A DNA stretch of 64,000 nucleotides from Vicugna vicugna (Eukaryota). This document shows positions 1 through 12,552 of this stretch, one piece after another (the first letter of the stretch is position 1; every line of letters begins with the position of its first letter). The position numbers and the translations under genes were made by a program. The stretch is taken from contig MU057781.1 of NCBI GenBank assembly GCA_013265495.1, positions 1 to 64,000 of the forward strand, given 5' to 3'. The notes beneath the pieces were generated by a model that saw only the letters and a list, made by a program, of their open reading frames with translations, was not told the DNA's origin and did not search any database.

Positions 1-720
1 GATGGTAATGAAATACTACAACTAATAATTTTGTAAAAACCCAGCGAACAACAGGTATTGGCAAGGATGTGGAGGACGTGGAACTCGTGTGCTTTGCTGG
101 TGGGAACATAAAATGGGAAAAAGGTTGGGCCATTCCTCAAAGACTTAAACATAGAATTATCATGTAAGCCAGAAATTCTACTCCCAAGTGTATACCAAAA
201 AGAATGGAGAACAAGGATTCAAACAGATACTTGTGTGCCAGCATTCATACCAGCGTCGTCCACGATAGCCAAAACGTGGAAACAACCCAGGTGTCCATCA
301 ACAGGTGAATAAATAAACAAAATGGGCTTTACCAATACAATGGAATATTATTCGGCCATGAAAAGGAATGGATCACTGACACGTGCTGCAATATGGATGG
401 ACCTTGAAAACATCATGCTGAGTGAAATAAGCAGACACAAATGGACAAATACTGCATGGTCTCACTTCCACGAGGCACACGGACGGGAAGCCTGCAGGCG
501 TGGGAAGCAGAACAGGGGTAACCAGGGGAAGGGGGTCATAGGACGTTGCCAGTAAACGGTTACGGAGGTTCTTTTTCGGGTGACAAAAAATGTTTGGAAA
601 TAATGGTGATGATTACACAACATCGGGAAGGCATTTAGAGCCACTGAACTGTGTGTGCAAGTAAAAACGGGTAAAAATCAAACTTCATGTTATGTATGTT
701 TTACCACAATAAGAAAAAAT
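1..720 (+). mobile_element. Old LINE-1 3' fragment (L1MB/L1MA-like ORF2 end plus 3'UTR)
   Basis: Hallmarks: ggcaaggatgtggag...gctggtgggaa, aaacaacccaggtgtccatcaacagg, atggaatattattcggcc, atggatggaccttgaaaacatcatgctgagtgaaataag; ends ttttaccacaataagaaaaaa. Confidence 0.85.
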
Positions 721-1220
721 TCAAGATCCACTTGTTTCATGGAAAATCTCAAAAGAAAAATGTCGGGACGATGCCACAATCAGAACACTGGTCTCCTCGA
801 CTGACACGGTTCCGGGTAATTCAGTAGGAAGGACAAACACCGCATCAGGGGAATACGCACCAAAACAAATGGCCAGTGAAGCAGCTGGAAGGTTCAGTTT
901 CACCCACAAGTGAAGGAAGGCCAACTGACACAATGACGGCTTGTGAAAATCAAGTCTGGGTGATCTACGGGGCTTATGAGAATGTGCTGAGACCGTCAGG
1001 AGGCGCGTGAGCCGGTCGGTCTTTTTGGAGGAAGGGTTAGCAACGTCTGCCAGCATGTACCCTGCAGGTGCCTTTCGACCTGCGATTCCAAGAATGTGAA
1101 TTTGTACAACAGAAATGCTTGTGAGAAGGTGATCTCATTGCGCTGTGTGTATGTGCGTGAGCAAACCGCTGCCCTGGAAGCCCATCAGCTGGAGAGACCT
1201 GCCGGAGTCACGGGGACCCC

Positions 1221-1223
<3 letters not shown>

Positions 1224-1264
<41 letters not shown>
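1224..1264. repeat. (GA)n microsatellite
   Basis: About 20 consecutive GA units. Confidence 0.95.
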
Positions 1265-1267
<3 letters not shown>

Positions 1268-4200
1268 GCGGGGAGAGAGGCTCAGAGCATGGGGAGCCGG
1301 ACAGAAGCCCAGAGCGGCGAACACCAGCGAGCGCAGCACGGCAAGTCCTCAGCTGTCCTGTGACGACCGTGGCGCCCGTACATACAAACATCTACGTATT
1401 TTCAAAATTATTGTTTCATTTATTTAACCAGCAAGGGTATATGCATTTTTTAAAAAAGGCACTGAGTGTGCAGGGAGGTTGGAGCAGGGAGTGAAAGGTG
1501 TTCCAAGTCTGTGAGACAAGTGTCTCTTTTTCCGCAAGTGGAACCGGTTCCCCAGAAAGGGAAGACGCAGTCTCTGGTTACAAGCCGCTGGAGCTCTGGT
1601 GGGGACGGCACGCTTGCACTCGGGCAGGGGGCTGGCGTGCGGCCTACACCTGAGTCCCGAGGCGGGAGCACTCGGCAAGGTCCGGGGCTGTAGCTGCTCC
1701 TGGGGTCTGGGAACAGGGGTCCCCTGGCCTGCGAACTGGGTGGAACTCGCAGCTCTCCCATAATAGTGCTGGTCACCACAGCAGTGACCACATCGGTCAC
1801 CACGGCAGTGGCCACATTCGTCGCCTGCGTGAGCCCCACGCATGCGCCTTCAGGCTCACCAGTGCCACCGCGACGTCTCTGCCCCCGGCTCCCGGGGAGC
1901 AGAGCTCCCTTAGCACGGACGAGCTTTCCGGGAACGTGAGCAAACGCACGCCCTGAGACCTCACGGAAGCTGGAGGGGCGTCTGCGACCCCCTGGCTGGA
2001 AGGCTGGCAGCGGGTTAAATGGCTTCGACACTCACGCCCCGTGCGAGGTGCTCAGCAGAGTCGCCCTCAGAGCTCCTCCAGCCCGGGGACGCCCCCAGTC
2101 CGCAGCCGGGCGCTGGCGGGGGGTGGCTCGCACACCAGGGGGCGGCCCCTTCGGAGGTAGCTGGTCCTTTCACTTGGGTGTCTGCAAACACGGTGATTCG
2201 GGCCCCTGACAGACAAGGTGATGCGGTGCTTTCGTCCCCACGTCTGAAGCCATCATTCTCTAGCTTGGGGTCCGCCCGCCGAGGCGGCCCTGGGCTGGGA
2301 CCTTCGTCAGCTCCCGAGACTGAGACCTGGGAGCCCAGCACGGAGAACGTGCCCTCGGCCCGCCCAGGAAGTCTGGGGGAAATGGCCCGGGGTGGAAGGC
2401 TGCGCGCGCCGTCCAAGCCCCGCCACGCAAGGCCTGCCGTCCGCCCTGCTTGCGCGGAGCTAAGCTTCAGCAGAGCAGCCACAGCTCAGGCCCGCACTCG
2501 CCCTAAGCCCCTGCAGGCGGCTCCCTCTGCGCTTTCCAACACCCATGGATTCGCAGCAAAGGCATTTGTGGTAAAGTGCTTATTCTGCGGTCTGTTTAAG
2601 ATTGGTGTTTGTGAGCAGATAGGGGTCATGAGCAGCGTGAAGCACCCCAGGGGGCAGCAGGCACCTCCAGGGGGGCAGAAGGGCCAACGCCCCCAGGACT
2701 GGGTTTCCCAGGCAGAAAGGGGGAGGTGGGGCTGCTCGCAGCTGCTGGGCCAGAACCCGTCCACAGAGTGGGGGCTGGCGGTGACCCTGCAGGCACCGTC
2801 CTGGACGGCTCTGCACCCACTGGGAGGGAGAAGACACCGGGATGGAGCCCAGGGTCCAGGGGCCGAGGAGACGTGAGGACTGGAGTCCTGCATTCAGTCG
2901 GTCGGACATCGTAATGGGGTCTTGTGGCCACTTGGAGATTCCGCTGTCCGTCACTGCAGGGACCCCTCAGGCTTCCACGTCGTGACATTCACTTTGAGTT
3001 TGTCCAAGCTCGTGCCCTCTGAGCGCAGCCACAGGGGGCGGGGCCGCCCGTGTGTGCTCTGGCCCCTGGGGTCCAGTTGAGGGGTCCTCCATCCGGCAGC
3101 CCCAGCCGCTGCAGGTCTGGGGACTCACGCCGCTTCTCCCCGCCCCTCCGGGCGCGCCACTGCCCGTCCGCCCACCCCGCCGGCTGCTGGAACCCGTGCC
3201 AAGCCCAGGGCTCAGTCAGTCACCAGTCCCTGACTAAGTAAACAACTGGTTTAAGACGGAATTCTCTACCCCCCTCCCTTCCCTTCCCTCATTCCTGGGC
3301 CAGGAGACCAGGGCAGTTTGAAGCACTAGGTTCTGGGGGAAACGCCTTTGAAAAATGATGTTCCCGTCTGCCCTGTTTAGCAGTCCTGGGCCTTGAAGGC
3401 ACCGAGCCATGACACAGACCTTCTGTCAGCACTGATTCGGGGCATCTGGAAACCTGCACGAGCCTCGGACCTGCCCGTCCAGCCAACTGAGAGGTGTTAC
3501 AGAGCCTCGTGAAGACCCCGCAGTGCCCGCTCGCCGGGCTGGCTCCCTCCGTCACAGGCTGCCTGGTAGATTCTGCTAATGAGGGATTCTCTGCGGTGGG
3601 ACCTGGCTCCACCCAGCCGCCTTGCTGGGGCTGTTACCGAGGCCGGGTACTGACTGATCATGGAGGGAACAAGTGAGCCGCCTGGCTCAGTCACCGTGCA
3701 AGGGGACAGCGCAGGGGGGCCACCAGGTGTGGCAGGTGTGGGTGGAACACGGGCCCCAGGTGCTGGCCAGGGTTCCTCCCGTGGAGCGGGGGCGGGTGAG
3801 TGCTGCGGGGGAGAGCCCCCTCGTCCACCTGAGTCCGTGTGGACAAACAGCGGCGCTCGTCCTTGGCTCTTTGGAGAACAACCCGGCACTGGCGTTTTCC
3901 ACGGTCCCGGGCTTGCCGAGCGCTGGCCGCCACGTCCCCACTGTGCCATGGAGATCGGTGCACGCTGTCCTTGGGCAAACAGTGCTTGGGAAGTGACCCC
4001 TTCACAAGTCACAGCTGTGCTTACTCACAGGGACAGCTTCATGTCCTCCTCGGTGAAATGAATGTCATTGTCAGAGTGCACTGTCTTGAATGTAAATGAC
4101 CGAAATGTTTACAGAGTGACTGAAGCCAGGTGAAGCCGCCCCTTGTGCATTGCAGGTCGGGGACAGGGCAGCGCGGACGCGCCAGGCCCCTCACCTGGCT

Positions 4201-4289
4201 GCTCCCGGGTCAGACACAGGGAGCAAACTGTGTTCCAGAAACTCCTTTTTATCGTTTGCTCGCAAGATGCCTGGTGAGGCTGCCCTTCC

Positions 4290-4405
4290 TTGGATCTGGA
4301 GTCAGACCCGCCAGGGTGCAAATCCCGGTCCCCCACTTGACAGAAGCGTGACAGTGGGCATGCCAGTTAATCTCCTTTCTGTAATTCCCTCTTCCGTACA
4401 ACAGG
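4290..4405 (+). mobile_element. Degraded MIR SINE fragment
   Basis: ctggagtcagac...gggtgcaaatcccggtcccccactt...gtgacagtgggca resembles the MIR core. Confidence 0.5.
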
Positions 4406-5562
4406 CCTAAAGTCTGCGTGCTGCAGAATTCTGGCCCCCAAAGGCGTCCAGACCCTGAGCCCTGGAGCCTGTGACGAGGCCAGGTTGTGGGACGGGACGC
4501 GGGGGATTCAGGCACGGAGCAGGCGACCTCGGGACGGGAGGTAAGCCTGCATCATCCAGCGTGCCTGGGGAGCCACGAGGACCCCGGCGAGGGGAGAGGG
4601 AGGCAGCAGGGCCGCCGCTCTATGTGACAGCAGCAACAGGAAGCTGAGAGTGGGGCGCCCCCCTCCTGGGGCCGTGGTGAGCATTAAAGAGCTAAGAGCC
4701 CCCTTCTTCTCTCCAGGGTCCCCCTCACTGTCCCACCTCTGCAGTCCTCACCCTGCCTCAGCCAGGGAGTCAAAATGCAGGGGAAAGAGGTCGGGGATAT
4801 TCCTTCCCCATCTCTGCCCCTGCCTCCCCTCTTCCCCCCACCCACAGGAGGAGCCACGGACGTTTTGTGTGACCGCCCTCGGACACCTCTCGCCAGACTG
4901 CACCCCGCCCTCCCAGCAGGAGGGACGGGATTCCCGCCGTGGTCAGGGCTGGCGAGGAGGCGGCAGGTGCCTCGGCCAGGCTGCCGCACGATTTCTACCG
5001 TGGAAAAAGCACGCTGGCGCGGTTTCCGTAAAGGAAGAGTGTGGCCCACCGTCCAGCCCTCAGCCCCTGCAGCCGCCCCGATGGTGCGCCCCGAGGGGAC
5101 TCACGGTGGAGAAGAGCAGGACGCTGGCCCTCGGGAGCTAAGATGAGCCCTGAGGAATAATGCCCACGAGCCCCACTCTGGCCTCTTCCCGTACGTAGAA
5201 AAGCGCTAAAACCATTAGCTTGCGATGTCCGCTTGCTGTGGTTAGCAGCGATCTTTCGATGTTCAGCTGCGTGGTTTTGTGCTCTTTTCTCAGCAAAGAC
5301 TCCCACCCACCCGGCCCTTCCCTCACGCCTTGGGAACAGCTCCTCGGAGCTGCCCGGGAGGCTGCGTCCCGGGCTGTGGTCCTCAGCAGGGTCCCCCAGT
5401 AAGACACAGCTCACAGCTTCTAGCTTCTCTTCAGTCAGCGCTACCCATTGCTTGGAAGGGAGGTCTTTGGTGCTGCGGGTAAATACAGTGGAAGAATTGA
5501 GCCTCTGATAGATTTGAGAAATGCTGCAGGAAAGACAAACCTGAGTGTGGTCTCCTCCGGAC

Positions 5563-5603
5563 NNNNNNNNNNNNNNNNNNNNNNNNNNNNNNNNNNNNNN
5601 NNN
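5563..5603. other. Assembly gap (41 N)
   Basis: Run of n characters. Confidence 0.99.
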
Positions 5604-5899
5604 CCCTGGGACTTCTCATCCGGCTTTAGTTCACCCAGCACTGAATCCCAACTAGCGAGCGGCGTGTCTGCTAGAGCCATAAAAACCTGGATGCACAGCA
5701 GGGTGACTAGGAAATAATTCAGGCCTTCATCTGACTCTCTCAGCAACGAAAACAGAACGGGGGAGAAAAGGGACTTTTTCCTTATCTGCTGAATGATGAA
5801 TGGCTTAGCGCTTCTGGCAGGTCTGCGTCTGGGACCCATAGTTGTCTGCCTGACACGTCTTGCTCCCACTTCTATGCCCGCCATCCCCAGTACGCGCGT

Positions 5900-5944
5900 G
5901 CACACTCACACACACACTCTCACACGCATGCACACACACACACC
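5900..5944. repeat. Imperfect (CA)n microsatellite
   Basis: gcacactcacacacacactctcacacgcatgcacacacacacac. Confidence 0.8.
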
Positions 5945-6849
5945 TCGAAACCTAACAGCCGGTAAATGTAGCACTACCCTGTAAAATTCGCTTATCTCAC
6001 TTGTCTCTCACCTGGATGCTTAATCGCTCCGTGTCAGACAAGCAACAGGCTGTAATGCACTCAAACTGAGAGTGACTCACAGCTGAACAAAATGCGGAAA
6101 ACAGAATTCTACACCAAGAACCATCTCCCCTAGAGCTACTTCTTAGAATAATTAGGCTCAAGTCATTCAATGTGCCCGGATGGGTGACCAGCCAGGGAAA
6201 ACGCCCCTGCTCACAGCCGGAGGTCACGGCTCGGCCTGCTGGCTGCTAATTAGTCCCCTAGATGCTTCCTGTCCTGGGTGGTTTGCCGCAGACAGAGCAG
6301 TGGGGGTGAGCGGGTCTTAGGAAGTTAGAAGCTACATATGTAAATGTCAGTTCTCTGCCACAGGAAGGTGAGAATTGAGGCCCTTTGCGTCTCTTTAAGA
6401 TGCAGGTTAAAATGCGCTGGTTTAAGGAGGCCTGTCCGTCCCTTTGCATAACTGCAGGTCTATCATCACAGATCCACGGGTGGCGAGTGGAGGGGCCGCG
6501 GGGGTCGTGGTGGAGGACAGAGCACCTTGCCGTGTTACATCTGGGTCAGTCAGGTGTTTCCGGTTGTGTTTGGCTTAAGGCTCCGTTCTCTCCCTTTTTA
6601 GGGGTAAAGTGAGATTCAGGGCAGCAGAGTGAGCCGGGGCCCTGACCTGCGGCCCAGGCAACTCAGACCCTGGCTGCAAGTACTCACGCACGGAGGCCGC
6701 TGGGCCAAATCCAAGCCCGTAAAAGCCTGAAGGGTACACATCAACGCAGCCGCTAAGGGGGACCAGTGGCGAGGGCCAGCTGGGGTCAGGGGTCGCCGGC
6801 CCAGCGGCCGGTGTCCTCTCTCTGCCTCCCCACCTTCTCCCCGCCAGCC

Positions 6850-6950
6850 TCCCCACTCCTAACCACTTCCGGGGCGGCCTTGCTGGATTGCAATCAATTT
6901 TGGCTCAAATAAACTCTTCGCATTTCTAATAGGCCTCCCCGTCTCTTAAT
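6850..6950 (+). mobile_element. Possible ERV1-class LTR 3' (R/U5) fragment
   Basis: ttttggctcaaataaactctt resembles an LTR polyadenylation region; boundaries uncertain. Confidence 0.35.
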
Positions 6951-7056
6951 GCTGCCCTCCACCTGCTGTCCTCACGGGCGTCGGGGAATTGTGCAGACCC
7001 TTCCCCGACTCGACTCAGCCCAGAGGGGAGAAGCAAGAGCAGCTGGCACTGGCTGC

Positions 7057-7506
7057 GTCGCCTGAGACACACGCACAGACTAAGGGGTGAGAGCTGTGTC
7101 TTACCCGGTGGGCGTTTCCCAGGACTGGAGCTCCTCAGACCCGGGATGACGGCCTCTCAGTCGCTCTGGGGGACGGCTCTGCAGAGGCCGGGAGGAGCCA
7201 GGGCATGTGGGAGTTCTTACCACAAAGACCAGTCGGTCAGAACATCAAAAGATGACTGTTAATTGAAGAAAACCAGACGTCTCAAGTTAAGGAATTCAGC
7301 ACTTTTCCATGGAGGGGAAAGTGCAAACGCCAGGGCTCACTGACATTGTCCCCTAGACGTGCACCTGCGCTGTCTGGGGCCCGTGTCCCGTGTGTTCCCG
7401 GCCTGCGTCCCCTCCGCTCGCTGTCGGGGCGGCCATGGTGGCTGATGACTTGATGGTCACAGCTTCCCTTGTGTGCTGATGTGGCTTGTGGTATTTTTTG
7501 TTCACA
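7057..7506 (-). mobile_element. ERV1 LTR, MER41-like (cetartiodactyl type)
   Basis: gaacatcaaaagatgactgttaattgaagaaaaccagacgtctcaagttaaggaattcagcacttttc...gggctcactga matches a recalled artiodactyl MER41-type consensus; ends ttttttgttcaca. Confidence 0.65.
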
Positions 7507-8993
7507 AGTGGTAATGAGTTCCTGCCTTTCTCACTCCTGCCACGCCTTAGGGAAAAACAAAAGAAGACACAGCACCCAATTATCTCCAAGAATGCAAGCT
7601 CAAGAGAGGAGAAACGGGCCCGCCTGCACCACTGGCTTCTTCCAAGTAAATACAAATCATTGTGAGGACAAACTGCGCCTTGATGTCCTAGAGGGGTCTG
7701 TGGGTCAGGACCCCCGCAGGCCGGCCACACTCTGACCCCTGAGTAGGGACCTCGGGAGATGGGTGTCTGAGGGCTTCCCATTCAAGCCTTCATTCCACCT
7801 GCACAGCACCCTTTTAATAATGGATGCCCGTGAACAAGGGGGGAAACGGCCTTACCGCCCCTGAACACAGCTCGTCTTCACAGGTCAGTGGGAGGCGCAC
7901 CTAGGCTGTTTCTGTCCCAGCGCCAGCTGGCTCGCGTTGACTCTGCGGGACGCACATGCTATCCCACGTGAGAGGGTGGGTTAACTGTGCCAACCTCTCA
8001 GCCTTAGCAGACAACTACCGGCTTTGCAAGAGCAATCTTTCCCGCGTCTCCGAGCACTGTTCAGAATGCTGAGCCCACTTTTATGATACAGTCTTCTCAA
8101 GGTCCATTCAAATGCCTCTGGATCTGACGAACAACGCGGGCTGATGTCTGTCGTCTGTGTCAGCCCCACGGGAGGTGGAATCGAAAAGATTATTGCAAAC
8201 GCAGTAAAACACCCCACGAAAGTAAAACCCTCTTTCAGGGGATGAAGCCCCATCGCCTGGCCTTCCAGCCGAGCTCTGCAGGCCAGTCAGGGAGAGCTCC
8301 CTGCCTTGAGCTCCGGTGACACCAACGTGACGGTAACCCATGTGCTCAGGGAGTGGCACTTCCCCGACACAGCAGCTGGTAAAAAATGTATGAGATCGAA
8401 TCGGAAAGGATGCTTTCCGAAAATGCCAAGTGCTCTCCCCTGACCGTGGGGGAGAGGAGCTCTGCGGGGCACCGCCAGAAGCGGATGCCCCTCCGCCAAG
8501 CACCCACTCCACCTACAGCCCAAAGGAACCCTTCCCCGCCCACACGTGCGCTTTCCTGGAACCCGAGCATCCAGTCAAACACAGGACGCTGGATTCCATC
8601 CAAAGCTCTGGCCGGAGCGTGTGAGATGGAAGAACCCTTTCTCTCGTGCTACCTCTGGTCTCAAGTGGCGTTCATAAGACCTTTGGAACAAAATTACATG
8701 CTGGCTAAAAACAGTGCTGCAGAGAAAGTTTCGAGGGGCTGATGGATAAAGAGCTTTCTCTGGGTTAGTAACGTTACGTGGTGCCAAAGGAGAGCCAGAG
8801 CCGACCCCTTGGGAGGATCGTTTCTGTAGGAAGCACCATAAAGATGTAATTGCTAAATTCTGAAACGGGGAACGCGACTCCTTAAAAATCAGTTGCAAAC
8901 ATAACCAGGAAAAACGTGCCTTCCTCGCGCATTCACTGGGAACGTATAGTTTAGATTAAACAGGACGGGTGCAAAGGGCCCGCCCTTAGTTAC

Positions 8994-9148
8994 TTGTTGT
9001 GGCCTCCAGTTTGCGCTTGTGGGGAGGGTCTTCGATGATCCTGTTGAGGTCCCCGCGGTTCCGCAGGTCCACAGGCTTCTCCCAGACCGACAGCTGCATC
9101 GTCGGGTTGAAGAAGAAAACTCGGTCGTCGCCCGTCCACACCACACAC
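8994..9148 (-). CDS. TCERG1L: TCERG1L WW-domain exon (about human exon 7), 155 nt, phase 2 to 1; encodes (W)[51 protein letters not shown]
   Basis: Minus strand reads gtttctcaactcgcacag|GTGTGTGGTGTGG...GCCACAACAA|gtaact. The translation closely matches the recalled TCERG1L WW domain ([17 protein letters not shown]...SVWEKP). The split TG|G Trp codon is completed by the previous exon. Confidence 0.97.
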
Positions 9149-10499
9149 CTGTGCGAGTTGAGAAACTCCTCTTAGTTCCCTCAGCGACATTCAGAAAAAA
9201 TTGGTCAGCATGCGCCCTAACTCAAGAAGCCTCCGGGGTCAAAATCCACACATTTGCAAAGGTTATTTACACCCAGACTGAATCACGGTGATGTCTGGCA
9301 TCTTAGGGTGATTTCCAGACGTTTCCCGTGTGTTACCTCGTTTGATTCACAAGCGGACACTGTTCTGACCGCCCTTTTACCTGTGAGGACACCGAAGTTC
9401 AGAGAAGCGAGCAGCTTCACGGGTCCCGGGAAGCCTGAGCCCTTCCCTGCATGCCACCTCCCTCCTTTTAGAGGAGTTCGCACCCTGGCCCCGCGTCCAG
9501 GGGCTGAGCGACACCGGGAGTGGCTCCCAGTCAACCTCCCCTGCTGGGCACTGCCTGTGTGGCAAGGTTCATGGGCCACGGAGGTGGACACAGGCCCACA
9601 GCTCACCCCTCACCAGCAGAGAGATAGCAAAGGGGCTGCTTGAATTAGCGACCTCGCCCTGGCGTCCTGGCTCATTTCTAGAAGAGCAAAGAATTAAGCC
9701 TCGTATTTTGACACATAGTGAAAGGAATAACATACAATTTTAAGACCTCGTATCTTTGAAAGGTTATCAGAGAGCAGAAAAGATTACAAAGGGGAAAAAA
9801 AGCAAAGCAAAGAAAACCAAAAGAAAGGAAAGGGGCCCTTCCTAAGGTATACGGGTCTGCAACGTGGGAGCCAGCACAGGGCTGGGGTCTGGCCTCCGTG
9901 CTTCCCAGCAAACACGGCCACTGGGCTGCCCTCCGGCCGTGGCTGTGTCCCCGGTCAGTCTTGCAATGGTGCAGAGGGATGGGCTCTGTCGGACACCAAG
10001 GCCTGTTTCTGGTCTGAGCTTTCCAGAAGGTTTCCCTCCGGCAAGGCCTCTCCCCTCCCTGGACCTCAGCTTCCCACAGTGGCCGCCGAGGGCCCTGAAA
10101 GCTCCAGGCCTGTCCTCGGGCTCCCCAGAAGCCGCGGGAATGGTCAGGACGCACCCACAGGGGCTGGAGCCCCCGGCCTTTGATGTCTCTTGGAGACAAG
10201 TCGGGGGCACTCCTGGGCCCTGCCCGGGCTCCCAGCAGCCGGCCCCTACGTCGCCAGGCAGGCATGCGTGGCTGTCTGCCCTCTGTCTGGATCCACGTCT
10301 GCACAGACCACTCTGCTTCACACGCAGAATGTCCTCCCCACCCCCGGTCTCCACACTCAGCCCCGCCAGCCACTTTCCACAGGCCGGACGGAGGGCTTGG
10401 GGGCGGGCCTCTGGTGCTGGAAACTGCAGACTAGGTCCCTTTGCAGAGATGACCTTGGGATGGTCTGTCTGATTTACTGCCCAGACAGACCAGTTCATG

Positions 10500-11020
10500 G
10501 GTGCAGTAGACAGAATAATGTCCCCAAAGAGGTGCCCACCTGACTCCCCAGGGCCTCTGGGCGTTGCCTGATGTGGCAAAGGGGACCTTGCACCTGTGAC
10601 TAAGGTAATATCCTGAGACGAGGGGAGTACCCTGGACTGTCCAGGTGGCTCAGTGCAATCACAAGGGTCCCCAGAAGAGGAGGGGAAGGCAGGAGGGTGG
10701 AGTCAGAGAAGGAAATGTCAGGACAGAAGGAGACTGAGACAGACAGACAGACACACACACACGTACACACACAGGGTTGGGGGAGAGAGATCAGAAGATG
10801 CTCCACTGCTGGCCTTGAACTTGGAGGAAGGGGCTCAGGGATGCAGGCGCCTCTAGAAGCCAGAAAAGGCGAGGAGCAGATTCTCCCGGAGCCCCTGGAA
10901 GGAGCCAGCCCCGCCCACACCATGGTTCAGCCCCGGGAGACCCGTGTTGGATTCTGACCTCCAGCACCGTGAGATGACAAACCCCTGTTGTTGAAGCCTC
11001 TGAGTTTGTCGTGGACAAGT
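10500..11020 (+). mobile_element. MaLR LTR (MLT1D-like)
   Basis: cagaataatgtccccaaaga, tggcaaaggggaccttgca, caggtggctcagtgcaatcacaagggtcc, ctctagaagccagaaaaggcgaggagcagattctccc, ggattctgacctccag. Confidence 0.85.
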
Positions 11021-11442
11021 TGGTGGGCTCCCTCGTGGCCCCTCTGGGTCCTGGGTGCCAGCATCAGGGTCCGCATCCAGCCAGCAGCGACCCAAACCCC
11101 AGTATTGGGCCTGCAGCTTTGGCCACTGCTGGCCTGGTCATCTACTTGGAAGACCGTGACCTGCCTTCTTGGCAGATGCACCCTCCAGCTCCAGACCTGC
11201 CCTTGACCTTCAGGTGACCTTGGGAGCTGCCCTCACCCTCTGTGGCCTCAGCGCCATCACTGGTGAAGGCGGGGGTTGGGGTGAGACTAGTGTGACTCTA
11301 ACACACTCCTCGCTGCAGGGAAATCAAGGCAAGACATGCGGGCTCCACATTTGTTAGAGGCCAGACGGCGCCACAGGGGTGCATCCCGGGCCCCGGCTGG
11401 GGGCCGCAGGCCCAGGGGCGATGCTGGCAAATGGGACAAGGT

Positions 11443-11464
11443 CCCTAACCCTAACCCTAACCCT
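11443..11464. repeat. Short interstitial telomere-like tract (CCCTAA)3CCCT
   Basis: gt ccctaa ccctaa ccctaa ccct tgg. Confidence 0.85.
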
Positions 11465-12464
11465 TGGCTGGGGACAGGTAACCCCTCGGGGCCTGGAGGA
11501 TTGTGCCTGCCTTTCAGTGCAGAGCTGGGCTGGGATAAGAGGCTTTGTTGACTGTAAAGCTGGAGGTAATTATGCTGTGCCATAAATTATGGAGCATTCT
11601 GCCACTGCGTGAGCTCTGTCACGGAATTCCGGGCTTGCAGGGACCATAAGCCCTGCCAGGGCACGTGCCCCTTCCCTCTCGGACGCGGCTCCGGTGATGA
11701 GTGCTTCCTGGTGGGTCTGGGGGCTGCACTCCCTGGCAATGCTCAGTGCATGCTCCCGGCCCCACACTTGGCCCCCCTGCGCTCTTCGGGGAGCACGGGG
11801 TGCAGGGGTGGGGGTGGTCTCCTGTCTGGAACGTTGAAGCCCCCAGCTACAACTAGGTAAGAGCACAGGCGATGCCGAGCGAGAGGCAAGCAGACCGGCA
11901 GCTGCAGGGGTGACGGCAGGCTCTCCCTCCCACGTTGAGTGCATCCAGCCAGGCTCGTCTGGCGCACGCGAGCAGCTGGCCGCTGGCCACATGCAGGTTC
12001 AGAAGTCTTCTGTGGCTGGGCTGTGGCAGGAAAGTCAGCCCCAAGGCCGGAGCTCCTGGCAGATACCAGGTAAAATCTGTAACAGTCTGGCTTGGATTTT
12101 TTTTTTTTATGATGTTTGACTGTGCTTGGCCTGAGTGGAAAATTCCAGAAGCATCTTTGGCTCCCTGCATCCCTGTCTATCCACTTAAGATTTAAGAGCT
12201 GCTATGTGGACCCCAGAACCCCGACCTCACCTGTGGGACAATGAACTTCTGCTGGTCCAGCTGCAGTGGATACACCTGGCAGGAACCACTGTCCCAGCAG
12301 GAAGGCCTCTGGCCCCCACCGCCCTCCACACACACCCCAGGGATCTGGGCATCGCACCCCAGTCCCTAGCGGCCTCACCCCCATGGCTCACTGACCTGCT
12401 CCCTCCTCTAGACTCCTGGAGGGAGGGCCCACTCAGCTCGGGGTCCAGGGTGGAGACTCTCGGC

Positions 12465-12552
12465 AGTGAAGTCACAGCCGTGGGCCTCAGTGTCCTCCTG
12501 GACAGAAGATTGGTGGACTAGCATGATTTCTGAAGTCCCTTCCAACTCTTAT
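12465..12552 (+). mobile_element. MIR3/MIR 3' fragment
   Basis: tgggcctcagtgtcctc...ggactagcatgatttctgaagtcccttccaactct. Confidence 0.5.

Noticed and set aside
1771..1818. Two 24-bp units with GGTCA...TGACC inverted half-sites
   Set aside because: The spacer is 9 nt rather than the 3 nt of an estrogen response element, the second copy is degenerate, and two units without spacers are not CRISPR-like.
2019..2876. Longest ORF in the track (285 aa) and many similar 100-250 aa Pro/Gly/Arg/Ala-rich ORFs
   Set aside because: They overlap in several frames on both strands, show no recognisable domain, and are expected in GC-rich DNA where stop codons are rare.
4029..4080. Minus-strand AG...GTGAGT bounded 52-nt segment with the phases expected of the next TCERG1L exon
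   Set aside because: Its peptide (MHSDNDIHFTEEDMKLS) does not resemble the recalled next exon (TDNSDGSSSED...KTKRNR), the pyrimidine tract is poor and the sequence looks MIR-derived. The real exon is probably left of the window.
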